From positions 1,620,001 through 1,652,000 of the forward strand of contig NC_010655.1 of assembly GCF_000020225.1 (NCBI RefSeq): DNA of 32,000 nt, in the 5' to 3' direction. The translations under genes were made by a program, and so were the position numbers. The stretch comes from Akkermansia muciniphila ATCC BAA-835. GTDB taxonomy: Bacteria; Verrucomicrobiota; Verrucomicrobiia; Verrucomicrobiales; Akkermansiaceae. Positions 23,775-32,000 of this stretch are shown piece by piece. Numbering within the stretch: the first letter of the stretch is position 1; every line of letters begins with the position of its first letter. Below the pieces are notes generated by a model. It did not search any database and was not told the origin of the DNA. It was given only the letters and a program-made list of their open reading frames with translations.

Positions 23775-23849
23775 TGGTAGGCCCGGTAGGAATCGAACCT
23801 ACATCGTCGGTACCGGAAACCGATGTCCTATCCATTGAACGACGAGCCC
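23775..23849 (-). tRNA. tRNA-Arg (anticodon CCG), CCA encoded
   Basis: Reverse complement GGGCTCGTCGTTCAATGGATAGGACATCGGTTTCCGGTACCGACGATGTAGGTTCGATTCCTACCGGGCCTACCA folds as a cloverleaf. Acceptor GGGCTCG/CGGGCCT (two G-U pairs). D stem GTTC/GGAC. Anticodon stem TCGGT/ACCGA with loop TTCCGGT. T arm GTAGG-TTCGATT-CCTAC. Confidence 0.85.
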
Positions 23850-24001
23850 ATGTTCCCAAGGAACGAGAGAAATAGAATAGAAAAAACGGGCCGGATGCAA
23901 GTATTTTTATGCCGGTGACGGGATTGGCATGATGAAAATGTGAAACGGGGATGTTAAGGGCAGGGAGGTTTCCGGATATTCCGGGAAGAAGGAAGGGGGC
24001 A

Positions 24002-25114
24002 TCAGGATATTTTATGATGAAAAGAGAAGATGGCTGCCAGGACGGCCGCCACGGTAACGGCCATGATGGCCGCGAAAAGCGGCCAGAGATCCAGGAATCC
24101 GGCTCCTTCCAGAAAGATGCGCTGGATGAGTTCCAGGCCGTATCTCATGGGGTTGAGCAGCGTGAGGTCCTGGAAGATTTCCGGCATGCTGGAGATGGGC
24201 GTGGCAAAGCCGGAGAGCATGACCATGGGCACCAGCAGCAGGAAAGTTCCCACAATAGCCTGCTGAAGGGATTGGGCGAAGGAGGAAATGCACAGCCCGA
24301 TGGCCGCCGCCGTGACGATGAAGAGCAGCAGGGCGGCGGAGAGCAGCCAGACGGAGCCCTGGAAGGGGATGCGGAACCAGAACATGGCAACCAGCACCAC
24401 GAAGACGGCCTGCATGATTCCGGTGACGACGGAGGCTGTTCCCTTGCCGAGCAGGATTTCCCCCGGGGTGTATGGGGCGACGAGAAGCTGGTCGAAGGTG
24501 CCTTCCTCCCGCTCGCGGGCGATGGAGAGCGCGCCGGAGAGGATGGAGTTGATGAGCACGAGCACGGCGATGAGGCCGGGAACGATGAACCAGCGTGTGA
24601 TGAGGTTGGGGTTGAACCAGGCGCGGGATTCCGTTTCCACCGGGGAGGAGCCGCCGTTTTTGGAGAGCAGTTCCGCCCCGTAGGCGGCAGCGATTTGCTG
24701 GCCGTAGCTGAGGGCGATGGCCGCCGTATTCGTGTTGCGCCCGTCCGCAATGAGCTGGAGAGATGCGGGCCTCCCCGTCTGAATGTTGCGGGAGAAATCC
24801 GGCGGAATGGTGAGCCCCACGACGATTTCCCGGTTGTCTATCATGCGGTCAATGTCTTTTTCCGTGGCCGCGGCGGCCTGGCGCCGGAAGATTCCCGTGC
24901 CTTCCAGGTCCGCGATGTACTGGGCGGCCGCTTCTCCGCCGTCTTTGTCCAGCACGGCGTATGGCACGCGGGTGACGTTCATGGTGGCGGCATAGCCGAA
25001 GATGGCTATCTGGATGATGGGAGGGATGATGAGGGCCAGCCGGCTTTTTTTGTCCCTGAGCACGGCCAGCAGTTCTTTTCTGACGAGGGAGGCTATTCTG
25101 ATCAGGAAGTCCAT
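24002..25114 (-). CDS. ABC-2 type transporter permease (YbhR/YbhS-like)
   Basis: 370 aa. One N-terminal TM, a large loop, then about five C-terminal TM segments. Lies in an operon with the ATPase. The antisense ORFs here are GC-driven shadows. Confidence 0.8.
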   Translation of the reverse strand: MDFLIRIASLVRKELLAVLRDKKSRLALIIPPIIQIAIFGYAATMNVTRVPYAVLDKDGGEAAAQYIADLEGTGIFRRQAAAATEKDIDRMIDNREIVVGLTIPPDFSRNIQTGRPASLQLIADGRNTNTAAIALSYGQQIAAAYGAELLSKNGGSSPVETESRAWFNPNLITRWFIVPGLIAVLVLINSILSGALSIAREREEGTFDQLLVAPYTPGEILLGKGTASVVTGIMQAVFVVLVAMFWFRIPFQGSVWLLSAALLLFIVTAAAIGLCISSFAQSLQQAIVGTFLLLVPMVMLSGFATPISSMPEIFQDLTLLNPMRYGLELIQRIFLEGAGFLDLWPLFAAIMAVTVAAVLAAIFSFHHKIS

Positions 25115-25118
25115 GGCG

Positions 25119-26225
25119 CTATTCGAGGGATTTGGGTGCTTTCATCCTGGCGATTCCCATGAGCACCACGGCAAAGACGCCCAGCGTGATGCAGCAGGGA
25201 ATGATGACGGAAGGGATGTCCCCGGCCAGGAAGAGGGTCTGGAGCAGGGTGACGTAGTAGCGGGCCGGGATGAGGTAGGTGATGGCCCGGACGGCGGGTG
25301 GCATGTTCAGGATGTCATACAGGAAGCCGGACAGCATGAGGGCCGGCATGAAGGTGCCCATAATGGCGAATTGGCAGGCCAGGAACTGGTTTTTGGTGGC
25401 GGTGGAGATGACCAGCCCCAACCCCAGGGCCACAATCAGGAACAGGGCGGAAACCGCCAGCAGCAGAGTGAGGGAGCCGCGGATGGGGATGCCGAAGACG
25501 AAGGCGGCGAAGAGCATGGAGATAGCCAGGCTGACCATGCCCAGCAGGAAGTTGGTGGCGGCCTTGGCCGCCAGGATTTCTCCGCTGCCCACGGGCGTGA
25601 CGAAGAGGCTTTCCAGCGTGCCGCGTTCATATTCCCGCGCCATGACCAGGGAGGTGAGGAGCGCCCCGATCATGGTCATGATGGTGACGATGACGCCGGG
25701 AACCAGGTAGTAGTGGCTGTCGTTGGCTTCATTGAAGCGGGTGCGCGTCTGCATGTCCAGCACGGGGGCTGTCCGCCCGCCCAGGGAAGACGCCCAGGAG
25801 CCGACGACGGCCTGAAGGTAGTTGCGGATGAGGGTGGCCTGGTTGGCGTTGACTCCGTTGACGACAATCTGGACTTTCGTGGTTCCATTGTGGAGCGTGT
25901 CCGGCGCGTTGCTTTGCAGGGCGATGAAGGCGTCCGCTTCATGGGTGCGCAGTTTTTCTTCAGCCTCCCGGGTGGAGAAGACGCGCGTGGTCTGGAAATA
26001 TCTGGAAAGGGTAAGCCTTGTTTCCAGGTCCGTGGACTGGCTGGAGGCGGGGACGGCCAGGTACGCGATGCGCACGTTTTTGATGTCCATGCTCATGCCG
26101 TAGCCGAAGAGGAGCAGGAGCACGGCCGGAAGGATGACCGCAATGCCCACATTGCCGGGGTCCCGGACCACCTGGTGGAGTTCCTTGACGATGAGGGCTC
26201 CTATTCTTTTGAGGGAGGCGGTCAT
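25119..26225 (-). CDS. ABC-2 type transporter permease (YbhS/YbhR-like)
   Basis: 368 aa, paralogous in architecture to the downstream permease. 4-nt overlap with the ATPase gene. Confidence 0.8.
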   Translation of the reverse strand: MTASLKRIGALIVKELHQVVRDPGNVGIAVILPAVLLLLFGYGMSMDIKNVRIAYLAVPASSQSTDLETRLTLSRYFQTTRVFSTREAEEKLRTHEADAFIALQSNAPDTLHNGTTKVQIVVNGVNANQATLIRNYLQAVVGSWASSLGGRTAPVLDMQTRTRFNEANDSHYYLVPGVIVTIMTMIGALLTSLVMAREYERGTLESLFVTPVGSGEILAAKAATNFLLGMVSLAISMLFAAFVFGIPIRGSLTLLLAVSALFLIVALGLGLVISTATKNQFLACQFAIMGTFMPALMLSGFLYDILNMPPAVRAITYLIPARYYVTLLQTLFLAGDIPSVIIPCCITLGVFAVVLMGIARMKAPKSLE

Positions 26226-27985
26226 GTTTCTCCTCCTCCTTTTTTCATGTGTTCTTCCGTGATGGCCAGGAAGGCGTCTTCCAGAGAAGCGGGGGCTCCG
26301 TCTTCACGCGGGGGAGCGTGTTTGCGGATATCGTCCGGGGAACCTTCCGCCAGCGTGGTTCCATCCATCATGATGAGCATGTTATCGCAAAATTCCGCTT
26401 CTCCCAGGAAGTGCGTCGTGATGATGATGGTGACGCCTTTTTCCGCCAGGGCGTTGATGCGCAGCCAGAAGTCGCGCCGGGCCAGGGGGTCCGCTCCGGA
26501 AGTGGGTTCGTCCAGAAAAAGGATGTCTGGGGAGTGGAGCAGGGCGCACGCCATGCTGAGGCGCTGCTTGTAGCCGCCGGGCAGGTGCGCGGCGGGGGCG
26601 TTCATGTACGGAGTCAGGTGGAATTCTTCTTCCATGGAGCGGATGGCTTCCTGCCGCTCCTTTCCGGACATGCCGTAGGCTCCGGCGAAGAATTCCAGGT
26701 TTTGACGCGTGGTCAGCATGCCGTACATGGAAAATTTCTGGGCCACGTATCCCACTTTCCTGCGCGCCCTGGCGGCGGCGGTCCGCAGATCCGCCCCGGC
26801 CACATTGAGCGTGCCGCCGCTGGCGGGCAGCAGCCCGCAGAGCATGCGGAAAGTGGTGCTTTTCCCCGCTCCGTTGGGGCCCAGAAGGCCGAAGACCTGC
26901 CCTTTGCGGACGGAGAAGCTGACGTGGTTGACGGCAATGAAACTGCCGAATTTCCTGACAAGGTCCGTTACCCGGATGACGGTGCCGCCGTTTTCCGTCC
27001 GCTCCGGTTCCGGCGTTCCGGCAGGGGCGGGGATGTCCTGCGGGGCGAGGTCCACTTGGTCGGCAAGCAGGGTCATGAAGCCGTCGGAGAAGTCCGGCTG
27101 CGCGGGGGCGGGGTGGTATTCCTCCAGCTTTTTCCGTGCGGGGTGGCCGTGGGGAACGATGATGCGGACGGTGTTCCCCTGCGGGGTGGCGTTGATGATG
27201 CCGGGCACGGCGGCCAGCCTGCTCTGGAATTGGCGCGCATGCAGCCCCTCCGGCGTGCGCACCGTCACGCACATTCCTTCCGCCCGGGCGATGACGTCGG
27301 CGGGAGGGGCGTCCATAAGCAGGCGCCCTTCATACATGATGAGGGTTCTGTTGCAGTAGGCCGATTCGTCCATGTAGGAGGTGCTGACCAGTACCCCCAC
27401 GCCTTCCTCTCCGGAGAATTGTTTCAGGATGCTCCACAGTTCCCGCCGGGAGAGCGGATCCACGCCCACGGTGGGTTCATCCAGCAGGATGAGGGGCGGG
27501 GAGGAGACCAGGGAACAGCACAGGCCCAGCTTCTGCTTCATGCCGCCGGAGAGCTTTCCCGCAAGCCGCGTGGTGAAGCGTTCCAGGCTGGTCATGGCGA
27601 GCAGGCTGCGGAAGCGCTTTTCCCTGTCCTGGCCGTAAACGCCGTGCATGCGGGCGTAAAGCTCCATGTTTTCTCGGACGGTAAGGTCTTCATAAAGCCC
27701 GAATTTCTGCGGCATGTAGCCTATGGAGGCCTGGATGGACCGGCTTTTTTTCACGGAGTCCAGATTCAGGACGGAGATAGACCCGCCATGCGGTTTCATC
27801 AATCCCGTGATGAGGCGGATCAGAGTGGTTTTTCCCGCTCCGTCCGGCCCCAGCAACCCTACGATTTCCCCGGCGGACAGGCGGAAGGAGACGTCGTCCA
27901 CCGCCGCAAAGGGGACGCCGGCGGAGTCCGGAAATATTTTCCGGATGTTCCGGCAGTCAATCAGGGGCTGGGATTCCGTGGTCAT
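26222..27985 (-). CDS. ABC transporter ATP-binding protein with duplicated ATPase domains (YbhF-like)
   Basis: Two Walker A motifs (GPDGAGKTT, GPNGAGKST), two signature motifs (LSGGMKQK, LPGGYKQR) and two Walker B motifs (LILLDEPT, ILFLDEPT). Confidence 0.9.
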   Translation of the reverse strand: MTTESQPLIDCRNIRKIFPDSAGVPFAAVDDVSFRLSAGEIVGLLGPDGAGKTTLIRLITGLMKPHGGSISVLNLDSVKKSRSIQASIGYMPQKFGLYEDLTVRENMELYARMHGVYGQDREKRFRSLLAMTSLERFTTRLAGKLSGGMKQKLGLCCSLVSSPPLILLDEPTVGVDPLSRRELWSILKQFSGEEGVGVLVSTSYMDESAYCNRTLIMYEGRLLMDAPPADVIARAEGMCVTVRTPEGLHARQFQSRLAAVPGIINATPQGNTVRIIVPHGHPARKKLEEYHPAPAQPDFSDGFMTLLADQVDLAPQDIPAPAGTPEPERTENGGTVIRVTDLVRKFGSFIAVNHVSFSVRKGQVFGLLGPNGAGKSTTFRMLCGLLPASGGTLNVAGADLRTAAARARRKVGYVAQKFSMYGMLTTRQNLEFFAGAYGMSGKERQEAIRSMEEEFHLTPYMNAPAAHLPGGYKQRLSMACALLHSPDILFLDEPTSGADPLARRDFWLRINALAEKGVTIIITTHFLGEAEFCDNMLIMMDGTTLAEGSPDDIRKHAPPREDGAPASLEDAFLAITEEHMKKGGGET

Positions 27986-29004
27986 GGCCTGGGCTGTTCC
28001 GGGGGCTGTGTTCCGGCGTTCTGGTCCAGGGGGATGGTGACGGTGGCGGGGGCTCCCAGGCGCAGCCGGTTGTCCGGATCGTCCACAATGATGCGCACTT
28101 CATAGACCAGTGCCGTTCTGAGATCCGGCGTTTCCACGTTTTTAGGGGTGAATTCCGCTACGGAGGAGATAAACCCCACCGTCCCTTTGAAGCCGGTGTC
28201 CGGGAAGCTGTCATTGCGCACGGTGGCGGAAAAGCCGGGCTTTACTTTGCCGAGCTGGGATTCCGTGAGGTAGGCCCGCACCCATTTGGTATGGTTCAGG
28301 GAGATGTTGTAAACGGGTTTCTGCGGGGAGGCCATGTCCCCCTTTTCCAGAATGCGGTTGCGCACCACGCCGTTGCCGGGGGCATAGAGCACGGCGTCTT
28401 TCAGGTTCTGCTCCCTGATGGTCAGGCTGGCTTTGGCCTGGTTGTACTGGGCCAGCGCCTGGGCTACGTCTTCCTCACGGGAACCGGCCAGCAGCAGTTC
28501 CAGCTGTTTTCTGGCTACGTCCAGATTGGCGGCGGCCACTTGCCGGGAGGCGACGGCGTCGTCCGCCTCCTGGCGGGAGATGGATTTTGTTTCAGCCAGC
28601 GCCTCCAGCCTTTTGCTGCGCATTCCGGCGTTGTTCAGCGTAGCTTCCGCGGCCTGCACGTTCGCCCTCGCCTGGGCTATTTCTTCCGCGCGCGGGCCGT
28701 TTTTAACGCGCAGGTAGTTTTGGCGGGCGGCTTCCGCTATCTGCCGGGCTTCGTCCGCGGCCTGCCGGAGCCGCACCGTTTCCAGCGTGGCGAGCTTCTG
28801 GCCGGGAACAACCGTGTCCCCTTCGTCCACCAGCACGGAGTCAATACGTTCGGAGATGAGGAAAGCCAGATCCACCTGGCGCAGGTCCACATTGCCGTAA
28901 AGAACGGCTTTGTCCTCGGGCCCGGACGGAGTTTTCCGGTAGATGAGCCAGGCGGCCGTTCCTGCCGCCGCAAGGAGAACCAGGAGGATAACCAGCTTTT
29001 TCAT
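27982..29004 (-). CDS. HlyD-family membrane fusion / secretion protein (YbhG-like)
   Basis: N-terminal signal anchor MKKLVILLVLLAAAGTAAWLI, lipoyl-like VLVDEGDTVVPGQKLATLE, a long coiled-coil and a beta-barrel C-terminus. ATGA-type overlap with the ATPase gene. Confidence 0.85.
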   Translation of the reverse strand: MKKLVILLVLLAAAGTAAWLIYRKTPSGPEDKAVLYGNVDLRQVDLAFLISERIDSVLVDEGDTVVPGQKLATLETVRLRQAADEARQIAEAARQNYLRVKNGPRAEEIAQARANVQAAEATLNNAGMRSKRLEALAETKSISRQEADDAVASRQVAAANLDVARKQLELLLAGSREEDVAQALAQYNQAKASLTIREQNLKDAVLYAPGNGVVRNRILEKGDMASPQKPVYNISLNHTKWVRAYLTESQLGKVKPGFSATVRNDSFPDTGFKGTVGFISSVAEFTPKNVETPDLRTALVYEVRIIVDDPDNRLRLGAPATVTIPLDQNAGTQPPEQPRP

Positions 29005-29137
29005 AGTTTTATTTATACGTGTGTATAATTTATTGCAAGTAAAAATGGAGCCCGCATGACGGAGAAGGAATTAGCGATTTACTAACGGAGGGAGAACAGG
29101 CATAATCCGGCGTCTTTTACTTTTCCCATTATCTGTT

Positions 29138-31966
29138 ATGATGACCGCCACCGAGATACGCCAAAGCTTTCTGGACTTTTTCCGCGAAAAACAGCACACG
29201 GTCGTGCCTTCCGCTTCTTTGATGCCCCAGAGCCCCGGTTTGTTGTTTACAAATGCCGGCATGAATCAGTTTGTCCCGTATTTCCTGGGCGTATGGACTC
29301 CCCCGTGGACGCCCGCCCGCGCTACGGATACCCAGAAGTGCATCCGCGCAGGCGGCAAGCACAATGACCTGGAGGATGTGGGGTATGACTCCTACCACCA
29401 CACGTTTTTTGAAATGCTGGGGAACTGGTCCTTCGGGGATTATTTCAAGAGGGAAGCTATCCGCTGGGCCTGGGAGCTGGTCGTGGAGCGGTGGGGATTC
29501 CCGGCGGAACGCCTGTACGCCACCGTGTACGCGCCGGACAAGAGCAAGGGCGACCCCGGAGAGTTTGACCGGGAAGCTTGGGATTTCTGGGCTGAGCTGT
29601 TCCGTTCCCGAGGGCTGGACCCGGACGTGCATATCGTGCACGGGAATGTGAAGGATAATTTCTGGATGATGGGGGAAACCGGCCCCTGCGGCCCCTGTTC
29701 CGAGCTGCACGTGGACCTGACCCCGGAGGGGAATACGAAGGGAAGCCTGGTAAACAAGGATTCCGACCAGTGCATAGAGATATGGAACCTGGTGTTTATC
29801 CAGTACAATGCGGAGAGCGACGGCTCCATGCGCAATCTTCCGGCATGTCATGTGGATACCGGCATGGGGTTTGAGCGCGCGTGCTCCATCATGCAGTGCA
29901 CGAACGGATTCAAGGATTTTTCCCGCAAACCGTCCAATTACGCCACGGATGTATTCCGCCCCCTGTTTGACCGCCTGGAAGTTTTGAGCGGACGGAAGTA
30001 CGCGGACGTGTATCCGGCGCCCGGTTCCAAAAGGGTGGATGCGGAGGACGGGACCCTTCAGGAGGCGATTGCCTTCCGCGTGATTGCCGATCATCTGCGC
30101 ACGCTCAGTTTTTCCATTGCGGACGGCATTCTGCCGGGCAACAATGGCCGTAATTACGTGCTGCGCCGCATTCTGCGCCGTGCCGTGCGCTATGGGCGCC
30201 GCCTGGGCTTTACCCAGCCGTTTTTGGCGGAACTGGTGGATACGCTGGTGGAGTCCTTCGGACAGGTGTTCCCGGAACTGGCCGCCCGCGCCACTACCGT
30301 GAAGGAGGTTTTGAACCGTGAAGAGGCCAGTTTTAATGAGACGCTGGACCGCGGCCTGGAATTGTTTGACGCGGAAACGGCTTCCGCCGGAAAGGTGAGC
30401 GGCGAGTTCGCCTTCAAGCTGTATGATACGTACGGGTTCCCCATTGACCTGACCGCCCTGCTGGCGGAGGAACGCGGCCTGGATATTGATATGGAGCGGT
30501 TCAACAGGCTGATGGAGGAACAGCGGGAACGCGCCCGGGCCGCCCGCAAGAGCGAGGTGGTGCGCGCCCTGGATTTGAAGACGGACGCCGTGACGGAGTT
30601 TACGGGGTACGATGTGGACGAATGCGCCGCTACGGTGCTGGAAGTGAGCCGCCAGGGGGATTCCCTGTTCATCATCACGGACAAGACTCCGTTTTACGCG
30701 GAAATGGGCGGGCAGGTGTCCGATGCCGGGTTGATTGAAATCGGCGGGGAAAGCTACCATGTGATGGCCGTCCAGCAGATAGGGAATGCCCGAGCCCATG
30801 TGGTGGAGGCCCGTCCCGGGCTGGAGGTGAAGCCCGGCGACCGCGTGCATTTGAGCATTGACGCGGAACGCCGCCGCCGCATTGAGGCGCATCACACCGC
30901 CACGCATCTTCTTCACTGCGCTCTGCATCAGGTGGTCAGCCCGGATGCGGCCCAGCAGGGGTCCTTTGTTTCGGAAGACCGGCTGCGCTTTGACTTTAAC
31001 AGCAGCGCCGTTTCTCCGGACCAGCTCCGCCTGATTGAAGAGAAGGTGAACGGCTGGATTGAGGAGTCTCTTCCCGTGCACTGCACGGAACGCGCTTATG
31101 CGGACGTGAAGGGCAATGCCGCGATTGCCCAGTTCTTCGGCGACAAGTACGGGGATGTGGTGCGCGTGGTTCAGGTGGGCGGATGCAGGGATGGGCTGGA
31201 CGGGGTTTCCATGGAATTCTGCGGCGGAACTCATATTGCCAATACGAAGAATATCGGCCTGTTCAAGATTAAGAGCGAGGGTGCCATCGCTTCCGGCGTG
31301 CGCCGCATTGAGGCGATGACTGGGGACGCTGCTCTGGAAATGATACGGCAGCATGTTGTTGCCAAGAGCCTGGAAATCGCCAAGGCGGTGGAGAAGATCA
31401 AGGAAGTTAATTACGAGTTGGCGGACATGGGGCTGGAACAGGTGCCTGTCCCCACGATTGAAGGCAAGCCGGGGCTGACGGCCCTGGGGGCTTCCGATAT
31501 CCGGACGGTAAATGATTCCCTGGCGCGTTTCGACGCCTCCGTGGAGCATTTCAAACAGACGGCTCTGGATGCGGAGAAGAAGCTTAAAAAAGCCCGCGCC
31601 GGGCAGTCCGCCGCCAAGGCAGACGCCCTGCTGAATGAGTGGCTTTCCGATGCGCCTTCTTCCCTGATCCAGGTGGCGGAGGGCGCCGGGGAATTGCTTC
31701 AGGAACTGCTGAACGGGTTGAAAAAGCGCCAGTATGCGGGCGCCGCCTTCCTGCTGTGCGTGGACAGTTCTTCCTTGCTCCTGGGCGCTTATTGTGGCAA
31801 AGATGCCATTGCGGACGGATTGTCCGCCGGAGATATGATCCGCGAGGTTGCCGCTCTTGCCGGAGGCAAGGGAGGCGGCCGTGCGGATCAGGCCCGCGGT
31901 TCCGCTCCGCAGGATGCCGATCCTCAGGCCCTGGCTGCCGCCGCCCGCAATATTATTAACGGATAA
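29138..31966 (+). CDS. alaS: Alanine--tRNA ligase
   Basis: 942 aa. FTNAGMNQF, GGKHNDLEDVG, GPCGPCSELH, editing-domain HHTATHLLH...CGGTH and a C-terminal GGKGGGRADQARG (DHHA1). Confidence 0.95.
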   Translation: MMTATEIRQSFLDFFREKQHTVVPSASLMPQSPGLLFTNAGMNQFVPYFLGVWTPPWTPARATDTQKCIRAGGKHNDLEDVGYDSYHHTFFEMLGNWSFGDYFKREAIRWAWELVVERWGFPAERLYATVYAPDKSKGDPGEFDREAWDFWAELFRSRGLDPDVHIVHGNVKDNFWMMGETGPCGPCSELHVDLTPEGNTKGSLVNKDSDQCIEIWNLVFIQYNAESDGSMRNLPACHVDTGMGFERACSIMQCTNGFKDFSRKPSNYATDVFRPLFDRLEVLSGRKYADVYPAPGSKRVDAEDGTLQEAIAFRVIADHLRTLSFSIADGILPGNNGRNYVLRRILRRAVRYGRRLGFTQPFLAELVDTLVESFGQVFPELAARATTVKEVLNREEASFNETLDRGLELFDAETASAGKVSGEFAFKLYDTYGFPIDLTALLAEERGLDIDMERFNRLMEEQRERARAARKSEVVRALDLKTDAVTEFTGYDVDECAATVLEVSRQGDSLFIITDKTPFYAEMGGQVSDAGLIEIGGESYHVMAVQQIGNARAHVVEARPGLEVKPGDRVHLSIDAERRRRIEAHHTATHLLHCALHQVVSPDAAQQGSFVSEDRLRFDFNSSAVSPDQLRLIEEKVNGWIEESLPVHCTERAYADVKGNAAIAQFFGDKYGDVVRVVQVGGCRDGLDGVSMEFCGGTHIANTKNIGLFKIKSEGAIASGVRRIEAMTGDAALEMIRQHVVAKSLEIAKAVEKIKEVNYELADMGLEQVPVPTIEGKPGLTALGASDIRTVNDSLARFDASVEHFKQTALDAEKKLKKARAGQSAAKADALLNEWLSDAPSSLIQVAEGAGELLQELLNGLKKRQYAGAAFLLCVDSSSLLLGAYCGKDAIADGLSAGDMIREVAALAGGKGGGRADQARGSAPQDADPQALAAAARNIING

Positions 31967-32000
31967 ACCCCTTACCTGGGCCCTATCGGACACCAATCAT

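Noticed and set aside
23960-24001. TTCCGGATATTCCGGGAA palindrome downstream of the ABC permease stop as a terminator
   Set aside because: The stem is short and has no U-run on the minus strand. The evidence is insufficient.
23951-28105. Long plus-strand ORFs (23951..25162, 25002..26573, 26249..28105 and nested ones) opposite the ABC transporter operon
   Set aside because: Their translations are G/R/D/H/E-rich and low-complexity, with no motifs. The minus-strand frames carry clear Walker/signature motifs and TM patterns. These are typical shadow ORFs in GC-rich DNA.
29129-31996. 955-aa minus-strand ORF spanning the whole alaS locus
   Set aside because: The plus strand encodes an unmistakable AlaRS (FTNAGMNQF, HHTATHLLH and others). 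The antisense translation is R/G/A/L/H-rich with no motifs.
1-32000. CRISPR arrays, rRNA genes, IS elements/transposases, retron-like or reverse transcriptase genes
   Set aside because: No regularly spaced direct repeats, rRNA-like segments, terminal inverted repeats flanking a transposase, or RT motifs (YxDD) were seen in any frame.

Overview
About 23.8 kb of this window (1..~23774) is the right-hand part of an integrated temperate tailed phage. The remaining ~8 kb is ordinary GC-rich host chromosome. The prophage abuts the 3' end of a tRNA-Arg(CCG) gene (23775..23849, minus strand), with a tyrosine integrase next to it. Its other end lies left of the window.

Prophage content, left to right:
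- tape-measure protein and three tail or baseplate ORFs
- a GT-A-like glycosyltransferase convergent with an HTH gene
- small and GpA-type large terminase
- a tail-fibre-like protein
- a lysis cassette (membrane protein, holin-like protein, GH108-type endolysin)
- a hicAB toxin-antitoxin pair
- a visibly AT-rich minus-strand island encoding two orphan membrane proteins and a 252-aa HTH repressor-like protein
- a divergent switch region
- an excisionase-like HTH protein and a Bro-N/KilAC antirepressor
- a second small HTH/RHH switch and several small early ORFs
- a replication organiser with internal iteron-like repeats, a DnaB helicase and the integrase

Host genes are a ybhGFSR-like operon (HlyD-family protein, double ATPase, two ABC-2 permeases; minus strand) and alaS (plus strand). 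The host looks Verrucomicrobia/Akkermansia-like, judged only from composition and the flavour of the AlaRS sequence; this is an unverified guess.

The best candidate for something undescribed is the AT-rich lysogeny-side operon (~12.9-15.6 kb). A repressor-like gene is followed on the same strand by two unrelated multi-TM proteins and hicAB. This mirrors the lambda cI-rexA-rexB layout, and a TTTTCACAT/ATGTGA motif recurs in front of these genes. All functional calls come from reading motifs by eye; no database search was possible.
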